From contig MU619272.1 of NCBI GenBank assembly GCA_025201805.1, positions 62,001-126,000 on the forward strand: a stretch of 64,000 nt of DNA, written 5' to 3'. The notes under the pieces are model-generated. The model did not search any database. It worked only from the letters and a program-made list of their open reading frames with translations, and had not been told where the DNA came from. Position 1 is the first letter of the stretch. Every line of letters begins with the position of its first letter. Position numbers and translations under genes: made by a program. Below, in pieces: positions 12,419 through 25,129 of this stretch. Origin of the DNA: Parasitella parasitica NRRL 2501 (lineage: Eukaryota > Fungi > Mucoromycota).

Positions 12419-15004
12419 ATGTCCGACTCCAGCTCGGAAGAAGTGTTTTTCGATACACACGAGTCCATTATTCCCAGTGCAAAATGTAATTGAACGGTGT
12501 GCATATTCATAGAATCACAAATTGACTTTTTCTTCTCCCAATAGCACAGCAATCCGTTTCTGGAGATGACTTGCCAAAACCTAGAATAGAAAATCATTTG
12601 TATTACAAGAATCGACTTTCATTGAATTCTGACTACATATCAAGCTCATCTTCCACCAAAAACGACAAAAAGTATCACAACCGAACAAGCAGCATTACCT
12701 TTGAAGAGCATCAGCATGGCAAGCCTCCTCATTCAACACTGACAGCCAGGTAAATCCGCAAAGTAATGCATTTGTGGCTGCACGCACTAAATGTAGCCAA
12801 CAGTACGCATAGTTACCAAAAGCACACAAGAGTGCATAGTTGGTCTGAATCCAGCTACAGAAGCGCATCTCCATTTTCGTCCATTGGAAGACGAAGCCAT
12901 GATTCCAACCGAACGTCGTTATTGGTGGGTGTTCACAACCAATATCACCCTGCTAGTCAAAAAACACCGCCTCACGAGAAGCCCTATGTAAAGGTAAACA
13001 CTTGCATCTATTGTGTGTCGAAAACAATGCCAAAACAAACCAAGGTGGTGACCTTTTCTATTCCCCCAAATAGATCAAGACGAAAATCAAAACAAACAAA
13101 CGGTTTAGTCGCATTGTATTGGCCCAAACATTGGCTGTTGACACAACAGAGGTGTATGCGACAACTGGCCTAAAGATAGAGGATAAAGGTGCAGAGGACT
13201 CAAAGCAGCCTATGGGAGCCATTTGGGTAAGCCGATTCAGTAAGGATGGAAAATACATGGCTACGGGCGGCCAAACCTGCGTCGTCAATGTGTGGAAAGT
13301 GCTGCGGGATTTGCAGAGAAGCAATGATGTTCAAGTGCAAGACATCTTACCCCACGAACCGTCGATTAAAGTGTTTCATGATGCGCCTGTCCAAACGTAT
13401 GTGGGACATACAGCGGATGTGTTGGATATCAGTTGGTCAAAGGTAATCTATTCTGCGTGCTTGCTGACAACCGTTGAGCATTGACTGACATATCACAGAA
13501 CAACTTTTTGATCTCGAGCTCAATGGATAAGACTGTGCGGTAAGTACATTGGGAGGCTTCCTTGTTGCTAGCACCGTGCACTAACCGATATAAAACTTGA
13601 TGCAAGGCTGTGGCACATATCTCAGAAAGTGTGTCTGTGCGTTTTTAGGCATATGGATGTTGTCACTAGTGCCAAGTTTCATCCAAAGGTATGTTGCATA
13701 GGATGGCAAAAAGAACGTGGTATTGTGAAATTCATGTCAAAGACTAGGACGACCGGTTCTTTCTCTCGGGGTCGTTTGATTGCAAGGTGCGATTGTGGAG
13801 CATTCCTGAAAAACGAGTGGCATTTTGGAATGACATACCTGCGGGAAACATGATCACGGCTGTTGGATTCACATCGGATGGCAGAACTGCCTGTGTGGGT
13901 GCGAATACAGGAGATGTATTCTTTTTTGAAACGCAAGGGCTTAAATACAATACTCAAATTTTGGTAAAAAACCACCGACATAAACGAGGCAAGAAAGTAA
14001 CAGGGATAGAGCCTATGCCTGGTATGCCATTGGGAGAAGAGCGTATCCTAGTTACCACAAACGACTCAAGGATATGGATTATCAACATGAAGGATAAGAG
14101 CTTTGTCTACAAATACAAGGGTATCGAGAACCCAACACTGCAATTGCGAGCATCATTCAGCGATGACGGGCGTTACATCATTTGTGGGTCAGAAGATGGA
14201 TGTGTGTATCTTTGGTGTACAGATCAAGTCAGTTACTCGCCTTTTCAGCACTGGCAAGATAGTCGCTTAAAAGCTGCTGTTGCTCTAGGGCATCTAGGCG
14301 ATCAAATGCTGCAGACAGCAATGCAGAATGGCAATTTTTCAGACGATCAACAAAGTGGTCTATCAGGCTGGCTGAAGCGAGGCGAACGACGCATGATTGA
14401 CAAACTGCGAAGCAGAAACGAACACTTTACCGCTCATCAGCACGTTGTAACTGCTGCTATTTTTGCACCCACAAAAACTAGACAACTTTTAGCTAAAGCC
14501 GGAGGAGATATTATATTCGATAACACACCTGTATATACCCATCGAGAGCCTCATAGCGACATAGACACAGACGATAGTAGCCTAGGATACTTTGATACCC
14601 TATCAGAACCAAGAAGAAACCAAGCTCCATCACAAGTTACCAGTGTACAAAATGCTTATGAACAAGAACAAGACATAGACGAGCTCAGAAGGATATTAAT
14701 GAACGAATTTGAAGAGGCAACTCAGGAGGAAAGAGATCGATTCGACTATCCTGATAGCCAAATCATTATATCTGCTGATTTACATGGCGCAATCAAAGTG
14801 TGGCGTATGGACTCGGGGTTCTACCCGAACGAGACCGATCAAGAATTGCTTAACGAAGAGGGCAACATTGTTATTAACGACGGCGGTGATGCATTGGCAG
14901 CAATGATCTCTCTTTGTAATAAGGTTGAAAACGGGGAAACTTACAATAACAATACACCTCGCAAAAAAGGGCCTTTCGCAAATTTCATTGCTAGATTCAA
15001 ATGA
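12419..15004 (+). CDS. WDR44: WD40 protein, WDR44/Dgr2/Laf1-like
   Basis: MSDSSSEEVFFDTHE (FFAT-like) start. GAIWVSRFSKDGKYMATGG, GHTADVLDISWSK/NNFLISSSMDKTVR, FHPKDDRFFLSGS, LVTTNDSRI, ASFSDDGRYIICGSEDG. About 6 introns. Confidence 0.85.
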
Positions 15005-16165
15005 TACAATATACCGTATATCTGTTACAAGTGTTTCTAGCCTTAAAATAAAATCTGTTATTTTCATAGAAATTAGCTGCTTTTTGCAAATAAGCTTTGC
15101 TGTGATGTCTGTATCCGATTTCTTGGCCTTGATCTGTCAGTATTCACGGGGTCTGGTGTCGATTTGAGTAAAGCGCTGATCAGAACTTGGTCCTGTAACC
15201 GTTAAGTTTGGTTCATGATGAGCGACCAAGTTTGGAGACCGCCCATCTAATTTCGCGCAGTTCGCCAAAGAGTTCCTGGTGTGGATTGATTTGAACAAGA
15301 CATCCCAATGCACGCGCACAAACCTTACGCATCCACGGACGCCGTGTCCAATCGATGTTATAGACGTTGGATATCGTATCTTTCATTTTGGTGTCCATTT
15401 AGGGTATTCTCAGATAACTAGATGTTGTGCTGACGGTATACAAATCCTTTGCAACTTTCACATTCAAGTTGAGATTGACGTTTGTAATCATGTAATTGTT
15501 ACCCTGAAACAGTCTCCTTGCATCTGAGTTGATAATTGTTGTTGTCGATCAACTTCATTGAGTGCCTCGGCAAAGGTACGTTTTTGGTAGGAAAGGAATT
15601 GCTTTGAGCTTGACACATTTTCCACCAGATTGTGAGAGTGGCATTTGCAACCAGAGATAAAGGAGCGAGGAAGTTGTATCCAATTTCATCATCACCAAAT
15701 AAGGCCATTAGATGAATAATCATCCCTTTTGTAAATATGCATTGAAGAAAAAAAGGTTTATATTGTTATTTTGTACGTGAAATCTTTTTTATAGCAAGCC
15801 CTTATTCATCAACAAGTTGACGGAAGCCTTATGGTAGCGGTATACAAGTTATTTGATATCGCCATTGATCGTGCATCTTTCACAGATTATGGCTGCATCT
15901 CAATTTCAAGTTTATAGAGACTGTACAACAACAGCAGAAAGCCTCAAATTTAAGGTTTCATTGCAAATCTTGCTGTAGACAGATAACGAATTTCAGCAGT
16001 GTTACAAGGTTCTCGGAACAGGATGTACTATGTATGCACAATCTTCCACTTTAACCGCCGCGTTGCTTTTGCTTGTTTCTGGCTGACAGTCGCAATCAAT
16101 TGGAAATGTGGGATTTTTTTTCGGGTGTGTGAGCAACAAAAATAAGAGATCTTACATTACAGTTA

Positions 16166-16208
<43 letters not shown>

Positions 16209-16229
16209 CGCTTTTTCCCAATTGTTAAC

Positions 16230-19200
16230 ATGGCTCATGAAAGCAGACTACGAAATCAAATCGAGCTTTCACCTGCAGAAAATGAGGAGGCCAATTTGAT
16301 ATCTGATAGCCATACACATTATGGTGCAACTACGGCATCCACCGCCTCAACCAAGAATTACGAAGAGCCTTGTTCCGAGGACAGCAGTGAAGAGATGATA
16401 TCAACTGAAAATGTGGCAAGTAGAAAAAAGAAACGGCTCATAAAGCATCATCATCCCAAAAGACCAAAGCTAGTGTCGACTTTATCTCACATTGTGCGAA
16501 GTGCTCGACAATCCGAGGATGAAGACGATGCTAATAATGTTGTTGAGATGCCTTCGAACGATCTTATTATTCCTGAATTGGATCCAAAGTAAATAACGTT
16601 ATGCTCTAGCTAAGAAAAAAAAAAGATACAATCACTTATATGAAACAGTGCAGACGAAGTCCGAGAATACATACCTTCTCCTTTGAAGCCAACAGATGGC
16701 TGGACATTGAGGAAGCACAGTGTGAATCTCAGTAACATAAGAGAAAACTACCGAGATGCACGCATTCGCGATAGGTAAAAGGGCCTAATATTAGTGTGAA
16801 TGTATCTAAATGTATGCATTTAGAAATGGCAATGTACCTTTAACTGGCATCGCAAAGGTCAAAAGCATACTCAAGTACGATGCTTATGTATCTGAAGCCA
16901 AAAGAATCCTTTTTGCCAACCGTAGTATCATTTTATTCGTGAGTTGCGCATGAAATTTCGTAGGCAGCAGCATTCTGAACTTCAGTTTGTATAGGTTTAC
17001 ACTGATTTGATTGTGGATGTTTTATTGTGCTTGGCTTATCTGGTTGAAATGAAGCAAGAAGCTGATATCAATGCATACCCTCCGTGGATGTATAAATGGA
17101 GGTCTTACGATCTTTGGTTTTGCTGCACAGTGTTAAGTCTATGGAACCTGGGGTCATTCATTATGCGAATATTTTTGACTGGAAGACCGTTCTCGGTCAT
17201 GTTCAGTTTTAGGTCACTGATCGAAATTTTTACTACCTACCCATTTATAATATCATTGTTCATTGACAATGGTCAATATTTATACGGTAAGACACGCATT
17301 AACCGTATGCTCTTAAAGATGATACTGATGTCCATTTTGAATAGTGCCCTACTTTCTGCGAAGTTGGGTTTTGCTATTACGGATCAAAAGTATATTAAAG
17401 ATCAAAACAAATTTACTGATGACAGATAAGCCTGTGGATCCGTTGAAGTCGAAGCTGGTTCATTTAGTCGGTACGCTGGTGGCCTTATTATATAACGGCA
17501 TGTCCGCATTTCAGTATTGTGAAGTGACATTTGGAGACATAAATTATTCGATATTGGACTCTTTATATGTTGTCATGGTTACGTTGTCCACAGTTGGTTA
17601 TGGAGGTTTGTATATTACCTAATCCTTGACATGCATACTAAAAAAAAAAGCACACATCCAACAGATATTACTCCTCATACACAAGGCAGTAGAATTGTCA
17701 TGATGCTGCTCATCGTCATTTCATTGGCCGTGCTGCCAAGTTTACTGGCTGATGCGTTAAATACCCTTCGAAAAAGAAATGGTAATCTCGAAAAGAATTG
17801 GCATACAAAAAGTACTAATATGTATTGTATCTCAAGATTGGGGAGGCTATGTATCTGAATCACACATGCCGTTCATCCTTTTGGTAGGCGTATTCCACCC
17901 AGAGCAAGTGACAGAGATACTGGATGGATTCTTGAATACGGTAATTGTAAAAAGTATCAAATATTTGAACGACTGGTGTTAAGATATGGCGCATTTCAGG
18001 AGAACACAGAACCTAATTTGAATGTGGTCTTTTTGGATATCAATAGACCCAACGAAGAATTGAAATTTCTGGAAAGAAATTCAATGTGGGGTCATCGTAT
18101 CCAGTTTATACATGGATCAGTGTTAGATGAGCAAACGCTCAAGAGAGTCCAAGCAAGGTCAGCAGCAGCAATATTCACGTTGTCAGATCAACACGCAGTA
18201 GATCCTTTAAAAGAGGATGAAAGGAACACAGTTCGTTTATGGTCTTTACACTGTTACACTGTAAGCCATAATGTAAATATTTATACCTACAATCTGTCTC
18301 CATCTACAGCCATTTATCAAAAAATGGCAAAAGAAATTATATGCGTTCGTGAATTCAAGCAGTACTTGTTAGCCATGAATTGTCGATGCCGAGGTGCCTC
18401 TACGCTACTAACAAACCTATTACATCAAAGAAGACCTATGGACCACTATGACGAATCATGGCAGGCTCAATATGGTAGGCAATAGAAGTTGGGCAACAGG
18501 GTAGAATCTAACAGTTACAAAAAAAATAAAAATAGATGATGGTTCATGTAATGAAATCTACATGGACAGGCCATCTGAATCGCTTGTCAATTTGTCTTTT
18601 AAAGAAGCTGCCTGGGTTGTATATACAGAATGCCAGGTTATTCTGTTTGGAGTCAAAACGCGCTTGAAAAATTGTGAACATCGCGAGATACTACTGAATC
18701 CAGACAACAACTACATTATAAAACATGATGATCTTTGTGTTTACCTATGTGAAAGCCCAAGGGAGGTGGGCGATATAAACAGCTTGGTAAGCAAATATTT
18801 ACAAACACTTGAGCTAATTCTAACACGATGGTAGAAATACGACTATGTTCGATCAAAAGTGGACGCAATGAAGATACGAAGAAACGCTGAGGCCAACCTC
18901 AAAGCGTCAAGAGTATCTGAGCCACCTTATTCATCTGCTTCAAGATCGTCTTCGTTTCAAAATGAATTGCTGCACTCGTTACGAAACAGCACAAAGCTAC
19001 ATACCAGTGAACATGACACACCAGATTCTGCCCCTGCTTCACCCAATTTTCATTTAGTTCAAAATACGTGTGCAAACAATAGTAATCAAGTCGCTCAGTT
19101 GGAACTACCTCAAACCATTAACAATGATTTACTGCTCTACCCGCCTCCTTCAAGACCTCCATCCCCAGGCCTTCATCATTCTGTATCCAACGAATCGAAT

Positions 19201-20642
19201 CAATCTCGATCGTCCTCTGTATACCAGTCCCCTCGCCACCAGACTTTTGCACTGTGTAAATTACCAACACCTCGCCTTGCTCTATTGACTGGCAACAGAA
19301 AGCTGCTCACGCGCTTAGGCCAGCTACCAGTTATCAATAGTGCAGATGTGGAAATCGAATCATCCCCCGTGTGTTATTTGCTTCCTAAATCTGCTACATT
19401 ACAAGAATTGACTATTACCTCAGCACAAAATATGAATGGGCATATACTGGTTTGTATGCACCACAAGGTTTCCAATATCTTTAAATTCATATACAATCTT
19501 CGGTAACGACGTTTTTAGAAAAAAAAAAAAAAAAAAAAAAAAAACTATTATTCATCAATGGCTGGATGCATGTAGGTCACCACAATTGAAGTCAAACGAG
19601 CTAAAGGACATTGTGTTTCTGTGCACATCTCTACCGAGCGAAAAAACGTTTGAACTGGTCTGTCGCTTTCCCAAAGTTTATTTCATGGTTGTAAGTATAT
19701 TCTGGCCTATATTCTCCCAATTTTTTTTTTTTTTTTTTTGAAAAAACCCACACGTTAATACTATTTTAGGGTGATTGCCAACACCCAGAAGATTTAATCA
19801 AGGCAGGCGTCAAAAGAGCAAAGCAGGTGGTGGTTATGAGGTATGGCATTAAACATTCGAGCAAAAAATTATGGTATTAAAACGGGTAATAGCGAACGAG
19901 AGTGTCTTGATCAATACCAAAGAAGCTCAGACAGCCCAGCCATGTAAGGACACTTTAATTAAATACTAAGAGTCAGATACCAACATCAATTGCGTAGTAT
20001 GACGAGCCATTTATTGGATCTCTTACTCCAAGATAAACCGCATGACTCCTCTCGCATCGTAAATTTAGGTGAGACATCATATATGAAACCAAACAGCTGC
20101 AGAATACTTAAAAATGTTTCTTTTGAAAAGTCGAGAAATCAAACATTAGATTCATGCATTTACTGCAAGGCAAAGATGTTGCAGAAGAAGTAGACGTTTT
20201 TTACACGCCCGCCTACGCTGCTGGTAACGTTGTAGTGGACAGCCTATTGAGCAATGTCTTGTTGAGCCAAACGTACTACAAATCAGACATTGTCTCCGTC
20301 ATAAAAGCCCTTTGTGGCATGCCTGGCCCTCTGTACGATAAAGACACTGCCCATATTTTGGAATGTGGCACTAAAATACGGCACAACCTATTTCAGAATT
20401 CTCGCCATTTATCGCTCTCTGTTATGCCTCCCTGTTTTATAGATAAGAGCTTTGCGTTCTTGTTTGAAACGCTTGTCATGGACCACGAAGTGCTGCCCTT
20501 GGGTATTTTGCGTGCACCAGATGAAAATATGGGAAACGAGCTATCGTTTGTGTACACAAATCCTGTTTCCTCTCTGATTATGAAAAGATCTGACAAAATT
20601 TATTTGCTGGCTTCCCCTGGGTGGAGCTTTTTTTCCAAGTAG
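16230..20642 (+). CDS. Slo-family (BK / Slo2-like) potassium channel with two RCK domains
   Basis: Multi-exon. Transmembrane segments and pore TLSTVGYG(DITP) split by an intron at about 17607. RCK motifs FIHGSVL...LKRVQ...AAAIF, IICVREFKQYLLAMNCRCRGASTLLTNL, FYTPAYAAGNV, LPLGILR, FVYTNP. Confidence 0.9.
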
Positions 20643-21179
20643 AAAGCATGGACAATACGGTATTTGTGAATAAAATACTCTTGCTGCTTACCGTATTATA
20701 TGCGCATATAATATATATTGGCATAAAATTGACAGTATAAAAAAGTTTAGACTTTGAGTACACCAAAAGCTTTGATTTGATTGTCAAAAATCAGGTTTTG
20801 TCCAAACTGCAATTTTTCATGAGGGGTATACCTTATGCAAAATGACCAAAAAACCAAGGATTGAAAAAAGTTGAAAGGATAGAACTAAAATTACAACCTG
20901 AACAAAAGCACCTTTTAAAGCCTGACTTGTACTGGATTTTGTGACAAATTCTCACAAATCGCAGAGGTTGTCATGGAATTACCGTATTTTCGTAAAACTA
21001 AAAAATAAAGGCATATTGAGTTTTGTCTAAGACTGATATCCGAAAGCAACTTCGACATGTCTGCCAACTAGTCCAACACGTTGTCTTTAAACGATGACTC
21101 GTCCTCATATTGAGCTGCTGAGATCAAGATCTGCGGCAATGCATCCGTCCTGAACAAATGTTCTTTAAGAGACTTGTAT

Positions 21180-21183
<4 letters not shown>

Positions 21184-21243
<60 letters not shown>
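21184..21243. repeat. Poly(A) homopolymer of about 60 nt
   Basis: Directly visible; one of many long A/T runs in the window. Confidence 0.9.
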
Positions 21244-21247
<4 letters not shown>

Positions 21248-21391
21248 ACCACATGTTTCCTCAAATGCGAAAATCTCCTAGCAAAAGCAACATCACTCTG
21301 ATTCTATACTCAAGACAGTCAAAGACGAAGATATCGAATAAATAAAGCCACCATCCACTCTACATATACGATCATCACAGTTTTATTTAAC

Positions 21392-21928
21392 TTAGGCAGT
21401 TCTTAAGATCAAATGCACACCGCTATCAGTCCAGATGGGCTTGCTTAATTCGCCCACTTGAAGAGCAAAAGTAGCATCTTCGAAAGGCTTCTGCATTTGG
21501 CCTCTCTCAAAATAACCCAAATCACCACCACGCTTTGCACTTGAGCAATCAGAATAGTTGGTAGCTAATGCAGACAATGTTTCTTCGCCAGCTTCAATCT
21601 TTTTCTGGTATTTTTCCAAAATTTCTAATGCTTCTTCTTTGCTGCGAGTAATATTTTCCTCTTTCCATGAGCTAGGTCTTCTCGAGTCTTTGCTTTTGAC
21701 CAGCAAATGACTAGCTCTCACTCGATCGATTTCCCCTTCCACTGTAGGTGCATCCCAACGCGATTCTTTGGTAACTGTGTTGAAGAAATAATCCTTGTCG
21801 TAAGTACGGGAATGACGCACAACCCAATTCTCTGGCAGCTCCTACATGATGTGTCAGTATAGTGAGCTTTAGTGTGTTTATGCTGCTCTGCCATGTAATT
21901 ATACGCGACTCTATCATGAACTTACCAT
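21392..21928 (-). CDS. ESS1: Peptidyl-prolyl isomerase Pin1/Ess1 (WW + parvulin)
   Basis: First coding exon is only ATG (21926-21928); intron 21842-21925. Then [17 protein letters not shown]....SRWDAP (WW domain), [38 protein letters not shown]. Confidence 0.96.
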
Positions 21929-23242
21929 GTTGTTCCGGGTTCTAGGATATATTATTAATCGCTATGCTATAGCTGCATTATATCACTATTTACCTTCAAA
22001 CAAGTTTATGTGATATCGGGATATAACCTCAATTATTTTTGAAAAATAACGAGATCAGTGTAAAGAAGCGCTCATGTTCAGCATGTTGCATCTCCCTTAA
22101 TAACTTTTTCAAGTGTCGCCTATTGAAGATTGGCAGTGCAAGTTGGCCAATGAAAAACTCTTTCTCCTGTCAAAAGAACACTGTCTCAAGGCATAGCTGG
22201 TGATGGCTGCTCTAAAGGTCATATAATGAGTGGGCTTCTATTCTTTATCTTTTTATACTTTTATACATAAGATATCAAATAATAATTTGATCCAATTCGA
22301 TGCTATCCATTGTGCCTCTAGTAGAAGTTCGAGATCGGTTTGGAGTTTGTTCGGAAGTAGGTGTTAATCTGCGCCTATCAACATCTGCTTTGTCTTTGAT
22401 TTCCACAGCATCGCCCTTTTCATCAAAACCCAGCATCAAGCTTGCATTCGTTGATAGCCTTTCTGCATCCACAAGGCCATCTTCATTCAAAGCAGGCATA
22501 TTTTTGACAAATTCCCGTTGCGGAGTAAATGTGCCTGATTGCCTAGGAGCTGGTTCACTTTTTTTCTGGATCTTCAAACAGGGTAGGTTTTGAATGAGGT
22601 ACTATAGGTGGTCTTCCAGGGCTATCTAGTGGAGCATCGCCTTTGAGCTGTTGTTCTTGACGAGTATCTGCTTGTGCAGAATTACGGCGCATAATGCTCA
22701 GCAGTGTACGACGTAGAGTTGATGCTGTATTGCCATGATCTTCCTGATGCCTTGCATCACCGAACACGATAGAACGAGCGGTTGTCTGCTATAATAGCAG
22801 ATCGAGAAGCACTTGATTTCTGGGCTCGATTTATATCTTTGGTAAAGATGGTATCATAATGCGTCAATAAATCGCGCAAAAGTTTCTTGAGATGGCGATC
22901 ATGTATATTTACAGCAGATGTTACTCTTGATCTCATCAAAACAAATGCAAACATGATGATCAAATGATTGAGCAAGCCTTCGCTCTTTGTTTGTCTGAGC
23001 AACCTATGTGCAAATACTTAGTCTACCTTTCAAATTCACCAGTGCATCGAGCTCATTTGAACAGATGATGCGATAGCGCTTTCAATGTGTGGTAATTAGG
23101 AGATGGTCAAGTAGCTAGCAGTTTATTTACAGACATCAATCGGCTTTCGACATCCTGCTGATTTGCATACAATATTTTGACAGGGTCGTACAAATCAAAA
23201 GTCAACAGACATTCAGGCAGTTCCAGCAGGTAAATTCGAATA

Positions 23243-23904
23243 CAGTGCTTCCACTCTCAGTTTACCGAATTTTTGAAAACACTGCTCACTTTTTTGAGAA
23301 TAAATAACCATCTTTTACAAATATTTTGACCAACTTCTGGTCAAATAAAGTACAAAGGTTCTTTATTTGAGCATTTAAGGAAACGATTTATGGAATGCTG
23401 AATGAAATCCTGCAAATGTTTAACCGGAACTTTCAATAACCCTTAAAGTGAGGTTTCCACTTCAGTCAATTTACTTACATCTTCTGACGCTATCCTTCAA
23501 AACTTTCCAAATCTGCTCGATAGAGTTGAGCTCAGGAGAATAAGGCGAGTATCCTCGTTCAATAATTACAGGATCGGTGATATTTCGCTCTTTTTTAGAA
23601 GCTGCTTCGTCGATATCAGGGTCTTTGGGCTCTTGTTCTTTCACCTATTTGCGGAGATTCGTCAAATTTGTTAATGAAACGATGATTCTACAACAACGAA
23701 GGCCGACGCTTTGCCAGATTCGTCTACAATCCTACCTCTACTATCTTTGTGAAAGAAATTCATTTTTATGAATTACAGTTCTGAAGAAATGTAAATATCA
23801 AAAAGTCGGTCAAAGTATTTATATGATGTGGTTAATTTATTTTCGCAAACCTGGTCAAATTAACTTCTCGCACAAGCGGGCAGTGTTTTCAAGTGGAAGC
23901 ACTG
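23243..23904 (-). mobile_element. Non-autonomous Tc1/mariner (IS630-Tc1) deletion derivative, left copy; inner TIR partly deleted
   Basis: Flanked by TA on both sides; starts CAGTG, ends CACTG. Minus strand keeps transposase fragments MNFFHKDSRGRIVDESGK, DPVIIERGYSPYSPELNSIEQIWKVLKDSVRR (DDE_3 YSPELNPIE motif) and HLQDFIQHSINRFLKCSNKEPL. Confidence 0.9.
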
Positions 23905-24070
23905 TATTTTGCATTCATCATCATACCATTTCACTTTCATTAGTTAAAACTATATAAACCCCCGTGTGTAATATTATTTATATTTTAATCTTCTGTAAAA
24001 TTTTCGGTTAATTCACAACCTTCTTTTCAAAGGAATTTGTATTATCATTCTGTCCAGAGGAAGAAGCAGT

Positions 24071-24262
24071 TTATTGTAGGCTGCGGTTTTTTGGTCCCAT
24101 TTTAAGACAATTGTCAAACACGTTCACAGAATGTTGATTCATGTACAAGTGAATAGGGACAACTCTTCTATCATATGCCTCCTTGGCTACTACTCTTGCA
24201 TTAAGATCTTCATCTCCAGTGATTTTACTTCTCTTGACAAAGAAGAATGTAGCATGTTGCAT
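24071..24262 (-). mobile_element. Short remnant of a different Tc1-like transposase C-terminus inside the cargo
   Basis: VKRSKITGDEDLNARV...QHSVNVFDNCLKMGP parallels the VRR.KLT....RV...QHSIN.F.KC.NKEP tail of the flanking elements but is not a near-identical DNA copy. Confidence 0.55.
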
Positions 24263-24616
24263 TCAGACATTCTTGCATATGTGTAAAAATCGACGAAAGC
24301 GACTACGAAATCAATGATTCAGGTAGGAACTGCCGTAGATACTTGTTGGTATCAGTCTTTAATGGATATTGCGAGATATTGTCTTGCTGTGAGTTTCCGA
24401 TATAATACTTCTAAATCTGCCGTTAACCATGGTATGGCCATGAAATTAAAAAAAATAAAATATAAAAGATGATTGTGATATTTTATAATCAGTATAATAT
24501 ATAATGCGCAATACATCAGGCAGCCTCTACATAAACAGTTTATCGTCAGATGGACAAAACAAATTTCATACACCAGCTTATTCGGCATTTATGTAGGAAT
24601 ATGTCCAAGGAGTGCG

Positions 24617-24969
24617 ATACGATCAAGTCGTAAAGATACACTTAAACATAACGGCTGGGGCGTGACTCAATCATACAAAGAGTTTATCTGATCCTGCCAT
24701 TAGGCCTTTGCAGAGCAAATAAGCAAGGGAAAACCAATACGAGCCCGTCGTAAAGATAAACTCATGCTCACCAAGTAACCTTGTAGTAATATACCTAAGA
24801 AGTGTTATACGACCAGGCCGTAAAGATAGACTTGAGTATAAAACTACGGGTGCTACTTTATCATACAAAGAGTTTCTGACCGCCCATTAGGCCTTTGTAG
24901 AGCAAACGAACAAGAGGAGAGCAATACGATCTAGTCGTAAAGATACACTCATGCTCATCGAGTAACCCT
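24617..24969. repeat. Diverged duplicated unit of about 190 bp containing four palindromic TACGA-N5-(T/C)CGTA-AAGATANACT sites
   Basis: Sites at about 24618, 24738, 24808 and 24925. 24671-24780 and 24861-24967 are recognisable direct repeats. Confidence 0.85.
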
Positions 24970-25129
24970 AATGTACAGCATTTCCTTAGTTACTTACCAG
25001 AGTGTGAAGATGGAAAATGTTAAAAAAAAATATCGCAATCAGAGTTTTCTTTTGTTTGATGACGTTGACACCCTATAAGTAACTCTGATCTTCTTTCATG
25101 CATTTTCATCTTGACAACTGATAAGCAAC

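Noticed and set aside
21184-21243. Poly(A) tail of a retroposed element
   Set aside because: No target-site duplication or recognisable element body. Long A/T runs are common throughout the window and some abut assembly gaps.
24617-24969. CRISPR-like repeat-spacer array
   Set aside because: Eukaryotic context, irregular spacing, inter-site sequences are themselves duplicated, and no cas genes.
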